Part shown: piece by piece, positions 12,333 to 24,600 of the stretch
How positions within the stretch are numbered: the stretch's first letter is position 1
How the letters are laid out: each line of letters opens with the position of its first letter
From: a virus
Taxonomy: Duplodnaviria > Caudoviricetes
Direction: 5' to 3' (one strand)
DNA length: 64,000 nucleotides
Virus record (IMG/VR): IMGVR_UViG_3300013947_000026
Coordinates: 1-64,000 of that record
Position numbers and translations under genes: made by a program
Notes under the pieces: model-generated
What the model saw: only the letters and a program-made list of their open reading frames with translations
Told to the model about the DNA's origin: nothing
Databases searched by the model: none

Positions 12333-13024
12333 GATATATAGATATATTGGTTGGACTTGAAAGAGAAATTAATAAATTCGACGACCCAGTGCAAAAGCCT
12401 TCTACCGACGAATCATTGTTTTGGCTTAATTAGGCTGTTGCTAAATTTGTAAAAGTTAGGTTTAACGGAGATGTTGTTCATGGCACATCGTATGAACAAA
12501 ATGAAAAGCGTAGGAATGATTTAATTAAGCTCTACAATACTATTAGTTATCAAAATGATAATATGTAGATAGATGAATCAGAGCCATCTTATACGTCATA
12601 TTATGTACAATATCCTGATGATTTCATGTTTGCTTTAAACGAAGATGTAATTATATCTGATTTGCAAAACCACAATAAGATTAATACATGTATGTTTGAG
12701 TGCACACAGGATAGTTTTATGTACAGAGTAACAAATAGTTTAACAGATTTCCATTATAGATATCACAGAGCTAGACCTTTAAGAGTTCGTGTTAATGATG
12801 GATGCAAACTATTAACAGATAAGAATTATAAGATATATAAATATTCATTAGGATATCTTCGTAAGCCTAAAGAAATAACCCTCGAAAAGCCATATGATGA
12901 GTACAATGATTTCGAGGATATTATAATGCCTGAGATAATTAAAATAGCAGCATAGATGTATCTTGAAAATAAGAAAGATGAAAGATATAGAACTATAACT
13001 CAGGAAGTTAGTACTCAAGAATAA
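12329..13024 (+). CDS. Tail ring-like protein (paralogue)
   Basis: Code 15 ORF. FWLN(Q)A, YEQNEKRRNDL, YLRKP, EIIKIAA(Q). Confidence 0.75.
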
Positions 13025-13125
13025 AAGCTACGCTACTACGTAGTTCAGAATAATTTTAACGTGGAAAGCCCGGCTGGTTAGGTCCAGTATTATTAGGTGG
13101 GGTGAGTAGAAAAAATTAATATATT

Positions 13126-14250
13126 ATGATTACATATGTAAATACCGTATTGGTATCAAATAAGGGTGGCGATAAGCTCGCTACAAAGGAAGAGCTTGCA
13201 GGTAAGCAAAAGAAAGAGGAACTTAAAGATTTGGTTGGTAAGCTCGTATTTATGAACTGCGATCCAGCCGCTCAGGATGGTTCAGCTGTTGAAGACATTT
13301 ATGCGGTTGACGAGAACTGTGATAGATTTAAGATTGGTGTTATTACAAGTGATAGTTTTCAGAAGGCCGATAAGATGGGTAATGTAACATATATTCCTGT
13401 TGTTAAGTGGTCAAATATTATCAATGCAGCTGATGTTAAGTCTATTACAAAGCTTGATTATAAGGATGATACAGAGGATACAATCTCAATTGATTTCTCT
13501 ACAATTCCTGCAGAGACATTAGATATTCTTGCAGCAGGTGGGTGTCCTGTAGTTCTTCGTCTTACTTTCAAGGATATGCCTATGCGTTATCGTAAGTGGA
13601 CAGAATCTTATAGCTATGTAACAATGCCTGGTGATGGTATTCAAAATATCATGCAGGGTCTTGTTAAGGATATCGTACGTGCTTCAAAACGCCAGCGTGT
13701 ATATGCAAAGATTAATGGTACAAAACTTGTACTTGAGGCTATGAAGTACGACGATGACGAACAGCCTGTAACGGAGAATCTTTATGCTAAGGTTCGTTTT
13801 GACGCAAATGCATATTGGATGAACCCACAGGCTCCAGGTTGGGCAGCTAATAACAAGTATGATCTTGGTGTTAAGTTTGTTAAGCAGGAAGGTGTAACCT
13901 ATCCAGCTTCTGCAAAGCTTGTACGTGATCGCGAGCGTTCAGCATTTGATTATCAGGGTGTACTTCATCGTTGCTGCTGGTTTGATCCACAGCCTAAGAT
14001 GGTTACAAATATTGATAACCACTATGGTGGTATTACCATCGAGTTCGAGAACCAGTATCGTACAGCTGACGATCTCTGGCGTAGAACAAAACAGACAGTA
14101 GAGATTTATGCTTCTAACAACGGTACTGAAATTGCTGCAGCTGAAATCGGCGAAGGTATTTTGGCTAAGTTGAGTAAGATTGTCGCTGCTCGTCAAAACA
14201 TTGCTAACCCAATTAGCAATTCAACTGCGTACGACGGTACAAAGTATTAA
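13126..14250 (+). CDS. Abundant structural protein, probably the auxiliary capsid protein
   Basis: Intact 374-aa ORF, no TAG, codon usage like the MCP, followed by a terminator. Function inferred from synteny. Confidence 0.55.
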   Translation: MITYVNTVLVSNKGGDKLATKEELAGKQKKEELKDLVGKLVFMNCDPAAQDGSAVEDIYAVDENCDRFKIGVITSDSFQKADKMGNVTYIPVVKWSNIINAADVKSITKLDYKDDTEDTISIDFSTIPAETLDILAAGGCPVVLRLTFKDMPMRYRKWTESYSYVTMPGDGIQNIMQGLVKDIVRASKRQRVYAKINGTKLVLEAMKYDDDEQPVTENLYAKVRFDANAYWMNPQAPGWAANNKYDLGVKFVKQEGVTYPASAKLVRDRERSAFDYQGVLHRCCWFDPQPKMVTNIDNHYGGITIEFENQYRTADDLWRRTKQTVEIYASNNGTEIAAAEIGEGILAKLSKIVAARQNIANPISNSTAYDGTKY

Positions 14251-14257
14251 TTTAAAT

Positions 14258-14298
14258 GCCGGGGTGAGGTTATTGCCTCATCTCGGTTTTTTGTTTTT
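14258..14298 (+). terminator. Rho-independent terminator
   Basis: GCCGGGGTGAGG-TTATTG-CCTCATCTCGGT followed by TTTTTGTTTTT. Confidence 0.85.
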
Positions 14299-14312
14299 AA
14301 ACATATTATAAT

Positions 14313-15665
14313 ATGCAGAAAATTAGAATTGGAAACGATATTAGATTAAATCTAACTCTTCGTGGTCCTAGAACGTATGATTAGGCTAGTATCAAAAAGC
14401 TAGCATGTTATTTGATTAATACATCAGTAGCAGATTTTTACACAGGTGAAACTTGCTGTAATGATCCACACATGTACGGTCATCCATGTTTTAACAGATG
14501 TGGCTGTCCTACATATCATGTGGAGCCATGGTGCGGAAGACCATATCATCATGATTGCAGATTAAGTGGTAGAGGTTGTAATCCTTGCGCAGGAGCTCCT
14601 TGTATGCCGCCGGCATATAACAAACCATTTGATAGAGTACTTGCTGGATATGATGACAAATTCTGTTATACAGCTTATTCAAAGGTATTACCTAAAGCTA
14701 ATAGTATTCAGTGTTATTTCCCAGCTACAGACCAACTCTTCTGCGGTGTATACAAATTAGTTGTTGTGGCAGAAATGTATGAGCCAGGTTGGGGTAAAAC
14801 TGACCTTCACACATATACAATGGATTATGGCGAAGTTCTTATGCTTGTAAACGACAATACAGGCGCTAGTGGTGATATTACACTTGATGTTGATAAAGAC
14901 GATATTCTTAATAAGAATATTATTGATATCAGAGTTAAGACTCACGACTTGTATTTGTACGGCGGTAATCAGATTAGACTTGGAGAGCAAGACAAGAAAG
15001 ATCATTACTATATCATAGAAGTAGAATTAGAGAATGGTTCTGTACTCGAGTATACTCCTAGTAATTGGCCTTATGAGAAACTTCAGTTCGTTGCTACTAA
15101 GTCTAGTGTTATATCAATTGAAGAGGAAACTGGTATTATCAGAGCTATTAATCAGGAGAATACGAGCAGTACTTACGTAACTGTAAAGGCTAAGAACAAC
15201 GATATTACAACCGGATTTAATGTAACTGTTGTCGGTGGAGATTACGATTACATTGGTTATCTTCCTGTTAGACCTTTTGCGACTAATGTTGAGAGTGATA
15301 CAGAAAACGGATTTGATAGGACTGATCAATCTTACGAAAATAATAGTCAAGAATATTATACAGCTACTGGCGTAGAATCTGTTAATACAGACAATCTTAA
15401 GAAGGTAGATGATCTAACAAAGCCTGTGCAAGTAGAGAATGATAAAGATGGTCAGTATCTTTGGATTGTTACACGTAGACCTATTGCATATGCCGCAAAT
15501 ATCACAGACAATGGCACAACTGATTTAAATTCAGCCATTTATGTACCACTTACAAAGTATCAGTAGAAGTTGAATGATAGCAAGTATTATTATTGCTGTC
15601 CTAACCCTATGAGCGCTAATACAAAGTCTGGTGGCGATATTTTTTATATTAAACTTGAAGCCTAA
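14313..15665 (+). CDS. Tail/fibre-associated structural protein with a Cys/His-rich insert and Ig-like region
   Basis: Starts MQKIRIGNDI; extends through TAG codons to TAA 15663-15665. Confidence 0.65.
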
Positions 15666-15670
15666 TAATT

Positions 15671-16696
15671 ATGGAAGCAAAGAAAGAAGATATTAAAATA
15701 TACGGCAAGCTTGTGAATGTCACAACAGAAAACATTGTTGCTGATGCTGAATAGATCTGGGATTCTTATTACAAAAAAGACTAGACATCTGTAAACAGAT
15801 CTATGCGTGATGATTTTACAAAGTTTGCTAAGAACCCTACTTTCGAGTCGGCAGTATTTACTGGTGATTCTACGTTCTAGGGTAACATGTCTGTAGATAA
15901 GTCTCTTTCTGTTAAAGGTTCTTCTACGTTTCAGGATTAGGCTACATTCAATGGTACTATTAGAGCTCATGGCACTCCTAATGGATTAGTTGTTGACCAT
16001 AAGATTATTACAAACGATATTGAAGTAATGGGTACATTCCAGGCGCTTAATATTGATACAAACAATCTAGTTGTTCACAACTTGTTGAAGGTAGAGAATG
16101 GCGGCTTGTTTAGAGTAGATGGTGATACCGTACTTAACAACCTATCTGTTAGTGGCAATCTTGATGTACCTAATGCTACTACAACTAAATATGGTAGTGT
16201 GAGATTAGCTACATCACCATCAGGCTAGGCTAGCACTGATGTAATCACAGTTAGTCTTGTTAAGAGCCTATTACAGTACGTATTACCTACGTCATCTGAA
16301 AATAATATTCTTATCTATAGTAATGGTAAATGGATTACTTCTGCTGTAGATTAGGTGATTAATGGTAATGAGTCTATAAACAATCACATTAAGAGTATTA
16401 CAACTAATACATCTTATACTAAGTCTGAAGTATACGCTAAGGGCGATGTGTATAATAAGTCAGAGATTGATGACAAGTTATCTTAGATAAATAACAATAC
16501 TTACACTAAGTAGGATGTGTACACAAAGAGTTAGACTTATAGCAAAGCAGAAGTTACTTAGCTATTATCAGACTTAAAGGATTCTATACTTAAGGAATAC
16601 AAGGATAGCTGCTTGTGGGAGAAAGATGGCACGGAGTATATCAAACCTAAGGATAACAAACAAGTTAAGGCTACACATGTTATTAAAATGGCTTAA
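15671..16696 (+). CDS. Tail fibre-like protein
   Basis: Code 15 ORF. Beta-repeats (FTGDSTF(Q)GNMSV..ATFNGTI), ATTTKYGSVRLA, and YTKSEV/YNKSEID/YSKAEV repeats. Confidence 0.65.
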
Positions 16697-16710
16697 TAAA
16701 GGAGGTATTT

Positions 16711-18132
16711 ATGAACGAATCAAGTTACAAGCATAATTATGAATACCTCTCTATTGAGGAAGCTAAAGCTATTATAAATGGTACGTTTGTGCAAGGTTCT
16801 ACCAATATTGGTGGAGAACTTGCTACAAAGTCTGATATAGACTCATTACTTGATGCAGCAGGCAAACATATGACATCTATTGTTGCTGGAGACGGTAGTG
16901 AATATGTGTGCTATTTTGAATGGGCTAGCAACAGAGTTGATCCGACAGGTGTGTCTATACAAGATATAACTATTAATGTTGGAGAATCAAAATAGTTGAC
17001 ATATAATATTACGCCATCAAATTCAACGATAGACTCCGTAACGTACGAAATAGTATCTGGATCAGATTTTGCGCATATAGAAAATTCTATAATTTATGCA
17101 GATAAAGAAGGCCTAGCTACTTATAAAGTGATAATAAATAATAGTGTTACAGCCACTGCAAATATTACAATATCCGATACATATACATACAAAGATGTAT
17201 ATGATGTTAAATCAGATTTAATGTCAGACACAAAAGTAGATAACTGCGGATATGTGTTTGACTACAACGAAACCGGTAGTGATAAATCAAAGTATTTTTA
17301 CATAAATGCGCATAGGGATAAAATTGGCTCCAAAGGAAACGTTGTTTCGTCAGAAAAAATTAATTACACATTCTCAGAAAATGGCAATGTTGATAATTTT
17401 GTGATAAATATTAGCAAATAGGACATTAATAATAAAGAATTTGATAAATATTAGGTATATCCAAAATCGGAAAATTCAAGTAATGATAATTACGAGTTGT
17501 CAATATCTATAAAAAACGAAAATTCTGATTATGTATTTTTATTTAATGCTATACACATTTGTAAAGGTTATGTAAAAATTGCGAATTTTACTAATGGTGT
17601 AGAGTATAGCGACTATATCTCTAATATCGATCATAATTACGTTCTTTGTAATATGAATCATATAATTTATACAAATATTAAACAAAAAGGAATTTATGAT
17701 TATTATCCTACATATAGTATCGAAAATTATTCTGGTCAAAGTAGAAAAAATACAAAAATTTTAATCACTGGAGCAAATGTAAAAACCAAGTATTTTGAAT
17801 ACCTTTTTCAAAGTAATAACGTAGCAAAAGGATATTTTACACTATATCTATGCAAGTATAACTAGTATGGTAATATTTATAATTCAAATGCAGGTTCCGA
17901 TGAAAAAACATCTAGTCATACATTAAATTTCAATTTTATTAGTCACGTTAATAATGACTATTAGATACATTAGAAAATATTTAGCATCACAAAAGATTTT
18001 ACCGCTATAGAATTAGATGGAGTTGAATATAACGGTAATGATCCTAGTGTAATACCTATAGAAAGATACACAAAGATGTATGAGCTACTATTCTTCCCAT
18101 GTGCATCTACAGTAGTTTATAAGACATATTAA
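16711..18132 (+). CDS. Ig-like (Big_2-type) domain protein, putative adhesin/receptor-binding protein
   Basis: Track ORFs 16711, 16996 and 17497 are in frame via TAG. PTGVSIQDITINVGESK(Q)LTYNITPSNST..VTY. Confidence 0.7.
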
Positions 18133-18133
18133 T

Positions 18134-18379
18134 ATGCAAGTACTTGATAAGCTAGGACTAGATACGCTCTGGTCTAAAATAAAAGGTAAATTTGCTCTAA
18201 TATCAGATCTTAATTCTTTATCAACAAGAGTATCAACTTTGGAATCTTCATTAAAGTCGTTAACTACAACAGTTAATAATCTTCCAACTGCAGTAACTAA
18301 TGATTAGAAATATCTTCGTAAAGATAAAAATGATTCCACAAGTTATACTATAACAGCAAAGGGTGTTTATAAAGCTTAA
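18134..18379 (+). CDS. Small fibre-associated coiled-coil protein
   Basis: MQVLDKLGLDTLWSKIK..; one TAG; TAA stop. Confidence 0.65.
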
Positions 18380-18384
18380 TTATT

Positions 18385-18810
18385 ATGAAGTTAACATTAA
18401 AAAGAATAGCTTTAAAACCAACTTATACAATTGGTAAGCTATATATAGATAATAAGTATTTCTGCGATACTCTTGAAGATACCGTAAGAGATCTTAATAA
18501 GAACGGTAAGTTTGATAACGGAGAGAAAAAGATTAAAGGTAAAACTGCTATTCCGTACGGTACGTACGAGATTAAGTGGACGTATTCACCTAGATTCAAG
18601 AAATATACACCATAGCTTATGAATGTTCCTTCGTTTGAAGGTATCCGTATACACAATGGGAATTCAAGTGATCACACCGAAGGTTGTTTGCTGCTTGGTG
18701 AAAATAAAAAGGTTGGAATGGTCCTTAACTCAAAAGCTACCATAGCGAAGTTTTATCCAATTATAAAGGATGCTTGCGCCAAAGGAAAGGTAACAATTGA
18801 GATTAAATGA
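18385..18810 (+). CDS. DUF5675-family protein (putative endolysin/peptidase)
   Basis: YTIGKL..FCDTLED..TAIPYGTY..P(Q)LMNVPSFEGIRIHNGN..TEGCLLLG; one TAG joins two track ORFs. Confidence 0.85.
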
Positions 18811-19106
18811 GCAAAATAACAGGAACATGGCGTGAGAAGATTTAGTATACAACCGCATGTCTCGCGTTTTTAAGCGGTTAGGCTCTTACTTGGATACAGT
18901 ATTTACAATAGGGTGAAATATCTACTGGAGTACTAGGGTTTGTTGCTCAAACCCTAGTTTATTCAGCCAGTATATATGGAGTTTCTATTTATATACAAGG
19001 CAAGTTTGGAGAAATAAAAACATATTTAAAAGAATATTTAACAAACAATGATGCAGCTGATTCAAATAATAACAAAAGTAAAGAAGAATTACAAGCTGCT
19101 GCTTAA
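18807..19106 (+). CDS. Putative holin
   Basis: Code 15 ORF with two hydrophobic segments (YTTACLAFLSG.., VLGFVAQTLVYSASIYGVSIYI), next to the lysin. Confidence 0.65.
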
Positions 19107-19707
19107 CACTATTTTAGGGCTTCTGGTAACCTTTTTGTTAGCTTCTGGTATAATTTACCACAATAAAGCTAATAGGCTCTCAGAAGAGCTTAAAATAGCA
19201 AATAACAACATTGAAGCCTATTAGGACGCATTAGCAGTGTCTTAGTAGGCTTCTAGTGTTTTAAAACTAGACATAAATAAACTATCAAATTACAATGATA
19301 AACTTGTATAGTAGTTAGATTCTGTACGTAAAGAATAGAATATTAAAAGTAAGGAAGTCTAGGTGGCAGCAACTCATAAGTAGCTCTTAAACGTTAATAA
19401 GAGTAAGGGGGTAGGGGGTGATATGATAACTATTATTAAAAACTCTACTTATAAAGATAGTCTACAATATAATCCCTTGACTAAAGTATACTATACAATA
19501 GGCAATGATAGTGTTAATATAAAGCTAGACGTATAGAATACTTAGTACCTATACATATATAAACATAAAGAATATAAAAACAAGAAGAGCTTCTTTAAGA
19601 GACTTATAACGTTTGATTGGAAAAAGAAGTATGTATACAAATATAAAATACATAATACAAACGATTTACTTAAAGAAGATAGTATAAAAATAATAGAATC
19701 AATATGA
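19048..19707 (+). CDS. Putative spanin-like protein (DUF6549-like)
   Basis: N-terminal TM (LLLNTILGLLVTFLLASGII), then coiled coil and a beta-rich tail with KSFFKRL..W; 10 TAG codons. Confidence 0.6.
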
Positions 19708-20393
19708 ATTACTTTTCACTTAGGACATTAATAGATGATATTCTTCTTATTGTTCGTAATAACAATATAAGTGAAAGTGAGGATCTTTCAAGAGATTAGA
19801 TAGCATCTTGGATAATGCAATATAAAGCTTATCTATAGAAGAAGAAAGAAGATCAAGATAAAGAAAACGATGAAGATGAACCGGATGATTCATTGCAAAC
19901 GACAATTGGTCCAATTGAACTTGTTATAGATAAAACAGAAAAAAATGTAGATTGCGAAGATTGCTGCTGCGATACAATTAAGAAAACAAAAGATTAGATA
20001 TATACTGTAAATAAAAGCGCTGATGATATAGTTAGCGTATGCGATAAAAACGGATGTGTAATACAGTATATGCATAAGCTTAGAAAGCATTACCATAACT
20101 TTAGGAGGTATACTTATGCAGAACCGGTATGTTGGTTTGATGATGGGTATATTTATGTAGAAGGAGGTGATATAGATTCAATAGACTATGTGTATATTAC
20201 AGGATATATAGACGAATCTAAAACTGCAGATAGCGAAGATAATATAACAATCCCAGGATGGATGATCCCTGATATAAAGAAAGCTATATTAACAAACGAG
20301 CTTTCGTTCATGGTGAAGAGACCTAGTGATGATAGTAACAATTCAACATTAGCTAGCGTAAAACCAAATGGTCCTCAAGATAAGGAAGAATAA
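19704..20393 (+). CDS. Tail ring/adaptor-like structural protein
   Basis: Code 15 ORF. SLRTLIDDIL..SESEDLSRD(Q)IASWI; C-terminal PSDDSNN; ATGA overlap. Confidence 0.7.
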
Positions 20394-20835
20394 AAAGAGT
20401 TATACGATCTTAGATATATATAGAGCGTATAATAAAATCAATGAGAATGTCCAATATTCGCGATATAAGCGCATATTGGATGAATTTAATAAAGTTGTAA
20501 AGGATGAGATTTTAGAGCGCTCACAGCTATTTAAAATGCCTTATGGGCTAGGTAGTGTGTGCATAGTAAAATATAAGCCTAAGTCGTATACTGATAAATC
20601 ATTATCTGTAGATTATAAATCTTCTAAACAGGAAGGTAAAAAGATATATCATTTAAACGAACATTCAAATGGATATAAATACAGATTATACTGGACAAAG
20701 ATACCTAGGACATTTTCTAATAGATATATGTACTAGATACAATTAGTAAGAGAAAATAAAAGACATCTAGCACAACTTATATTTAACAAACAAGATTACA
20801 TAAACATAAATGATATTCAAGTATACAAAATGTGA
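20368..20835 (+). CDS. IHF/HU-like DNA-binding protein (crAss-type)
   Basis: FKMPYGLGSVCIVK, VDYKSSK, HLNEHSNGYKYRLYW; lies before the tail tube gene. Confidence 0.7.
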
Positions 20836-21673
20836 GTCTGTCATAGCTAAGATAATGGCTGATGCAGACATGTCGGAAAAGAATATTCGAGTCACAGATA
20901 TACGTGAATGGATATTCGAGGCTGTTGAAAAGATAGGTGCTCCAGTATAGTATGTATAGAAGGAGTCTGGTGATGACGATGTTCCGGTATTTGAAATACA
21001 TGAACACCAAATTCCTATACCAGATGACTTAGAATCACTTACATCTGTAGCATACTCGTTAGATGGAACAAATTGGATGAGTGTAAGAAAAGACGAAAGT
21101 TCGTTTAAGATAAAAAGTAGCACACATAATCATCAAGAGTATGTTCCAGAACAGCCTGCTAAAGAACCTTTAATAGCGCATAGATCACAATTACTTGGAA
21201 TAAATGGATCTACAGCTGTATTAAATGTACTAAATGATAAATAGATACACGAACCTACATATTGGATAAAACCAGGCTGGATTGTATTTAACAAAGAAAA
21301 AGGTTTTGTAAAGCTTTCGTATAAAGCAATAGCTACAGATGAAAGAGGTTATCCTCTAATACCAGACTTAGCGTCATATCAAGAAGCGATATATTGGTAC
21401 GTTATGATGAAACTTAGTTTTCCAAAGTTCTTAAAAGGTAAACTTGGAGGTAGAGTTAAATTTAGTTAGAATACGTATTTCTATATACAGTAGCAATGGA
21501 ATTTTTATAGAAACCAAGCATATGCCGAAGCTATGATGCCAAATGAAAGTGAGATGTCATCAATTAAGAATGAATGGACAAAACTTATACCAGATTGGGA
21601 TTCTGATGACACACTATTCAATAACGTAGGCAAAAGATAGTTGAACTTTAATGATTACTGTTATGGCTACTGA
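20810..21673 (+). CDS. Tail tubular protein (P22 gp4-like)
   Basis: Code 15 ORF absent from the track. IREWIFEAVEKIG, LSYKAIATDERGYPLIPD..EAIYWYV, WNFYRNQA. Confidence 0.8.
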
Positions 21674-24600
21674 TAATAATACATTTATAAATAGTTTTGT
21701 AACTGGTATTGATAGTGATAGCTCATTAGACAGAGTTAAAGAAACTAGCTATCTTGAAGCAAAGAACTTAAGAGTGTTATCGTTTGATTCTGCAAATCAA
21801 CATGGATCAATTAAACCTATAAATGGGATAAAGTAGGTAGGATCTATCAAAGACGAAAAGGTTGAAAGAATCCTTGCCACAGGAGCTGTGAGAGATAGAG
21901 GTGTAATCATATATATATCAGAGAAAAGAGGTAAGCCTGAATTTTGTATATCATGCTTTGATAACAAAAATTGTTAGGATAGTGATACAGATAGTAGTGT
22001 AAACAACATTGAAACTATATCAAATATATTTAGATCAGAATTAATAGATTGGCCTACAGACCGTTCTAAATGGCCAAATAGAGTATCTATTACTTTTAAA
22101 TATGAAGGCGACGATAATATCAAATTATATGTAGCTACAGGGTTTAATCCTATAATGGTGTTCAATATAGCCAACATGTATGGATATAATAATACATCAT
22201 TTAATACTGTTCAGTCATACCCGAAGATAATATTTTAGAAGCCAAAATTTGTAAAATATGTTGATGGTACACTTAAGACATCTTATGTAAGCTATTCATA
22301 TTAGATATATAGTAACCATGGTGTCTCTACAGATATATCACCAGCATGCCAATCTATACCTGTTGTTAATATTCCATCTGATAGAAAAGATATATTAGGA
22401 ATAAAGGGAGATTAGTTTGATAAAAAAACTAATTGCGGTGTATAGTTATTAATCAAGCCAGAAACAGATTATTCGTTTTTAAACAGAATTAAAGTTTATA
22501 GAATATCTGTATAGATTAATGGATAGCTGCCAACAATAGAAGTTATATACGATTCTGCTTATGAACCAAATAGAAATGGAGATTTCTTTATAAATGATAC
22601 TGGGCAGCAATCTTTGGATACAATATCAATAGAAGAATACAATAGTATGTCTGGCGTTCATATTATACCAAAAGTAATAGAAAGCAAAGATAATATATTA
22701 TTTGCTGCAAACATAAAAGAAAGGCAAACATTCATTGATACAGAGTTGTTTAAGAAATGGGATGCTAGAGCATTTAGGGCAAATGGTCAAAAGTAGATAG
22801 TCCTACAAAATACTTCTGGAGATTAGAAAGTAACGTATAATTGGGATGAGCTTAACACGCTATCAATAAGTAATGGCTATATAGAAAAAGATTCATACAA
22901 CCCATATAATGATATAAATAAACAATACTATCTTGGTGATTCTTATTGTATATACGACAAAGATGGGTTTTATGGTGGAACAGGAGTAAATGTATCGTGG
23001 AGATTTACTGTTACTTATATACCTATTGATACTTGCGACACAGTAAATGCAGGAGAGATAGGAACGATGTGGAATGTACTAAAGGTTAAAAATACACAGG
23101 ATAGGCCTACATTGTATTTTATTAACCAGAATGGACTTTAGAAGGCGAATATAGAGATATCTACAGAGAATGGTAGAATTAATAACCCATGGGTAACAAA
23201 GTCGCTTAGACGCAACGAATTATACAGATACGGTATTATATTGTATGACTCTACAGGTAATCCTAGTCCTGTTAAATGGATAGCAGATATACGCACTCCT
23301 AACTTGTATGACAAGTATTTTAATACATTCATATCCCATTATAATAATATGTACGACTTAGCGTCAATACCTCTTGGAATTTCATTTAATGTAAAAAATC
23401 TTCCAGAAGGATGTACTGGATATGAGATTGTAAGATGTCAAAGAAGAGAGTAGGATATTGCTACAATAGCTTAGGGTGTAATTAGTAAGCCTATTGTTGG
23501 GTATAGTACTCCTGCAAGTAATAGACCAGATAGAACTACATATTTCCCTACAGGTTTACTTACGACAGCAATGGTAGCACAGGGTTCAGTATTTAAGTAT
23601 TTTACAGAGAATTATAATCCTGTAGATGATGATAAAAAAACTAATTCTGTAAACGCAGCCGGAAGAGCATGTGCTACAAATTTTGGTAATACGCAAATAT
23701 TCTAGTTTGTATCAGCTGAAACTACATATCAACCAGAATCTATAAAAGTTCTAACAAGTAACAAAGACTTTAAACTTGAGCCACTTAGGTATATATTTGG
23801 ATAGAGCGGTAAGTTCAAAAAAGAAAATCATAGTGGTAATAAGTATTTTATGAGCCCTGGTATATCAAATACTAATATATATACAAAGCCAGATGAAACA
23901 GATAATGGGAAGTCTTACGATTGGAGATATTATGAAGATAACGGTAATGGAAAATATACGGAATATCAATACAAATCGTCTCCATATATTTTAAAAATGT
24001 TATCTGCGCACATAAAAACAATGTATTATAAAACAAATATTTCTGATAATACATGGTCATGTTTAGGTCCTGGAAAGATTGATAGCTCTGCTAAATATTC
24101 TGGTTCTTTAATGAATAAAATAGATAATAAGGTATTTGCTTATATAAAATTATATGAACAAGGCTGTTCGTTAAAGAGAAGAACATGTGGCGCAAAAGAT
24201 CATTTTATAGATTATGGTGCTAGTATTACAAATGATCATATAGACAATAATACTTAGCTAGTAGATATAGACGATATACAAATAGCATCACAATTAAAGT
24301 GGAATGAAGTAATCAAAAGGTCATTCTTAGAGAAGGGAACAAATAGCGATACAAAAGATAATGGCAAATGGTGGCCTACAGTAGAATATAATAATCATAT
24401 AGATTCTGTAGGTAAATATCAATTCTGTAATGCTGTGTTCTACGGATGTGATGGTGTGTTTATGGATGCCGGCGGAAATGAGGGTGATGACAAATGGACA
24501 ATGTCTCATGACATGATTGATGGGGCAGATCAAGGTGATGTTATAAACAATGATGATCCTGGTTATAAATTAAGAATACCATTTAGCACAGGAGGAAGAT

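Noticed and set aside
15671-18132. Diversity-generating retroelement target
   Set aside because: No reverse transcriptase and no template/variable repeat pair seen in the window.
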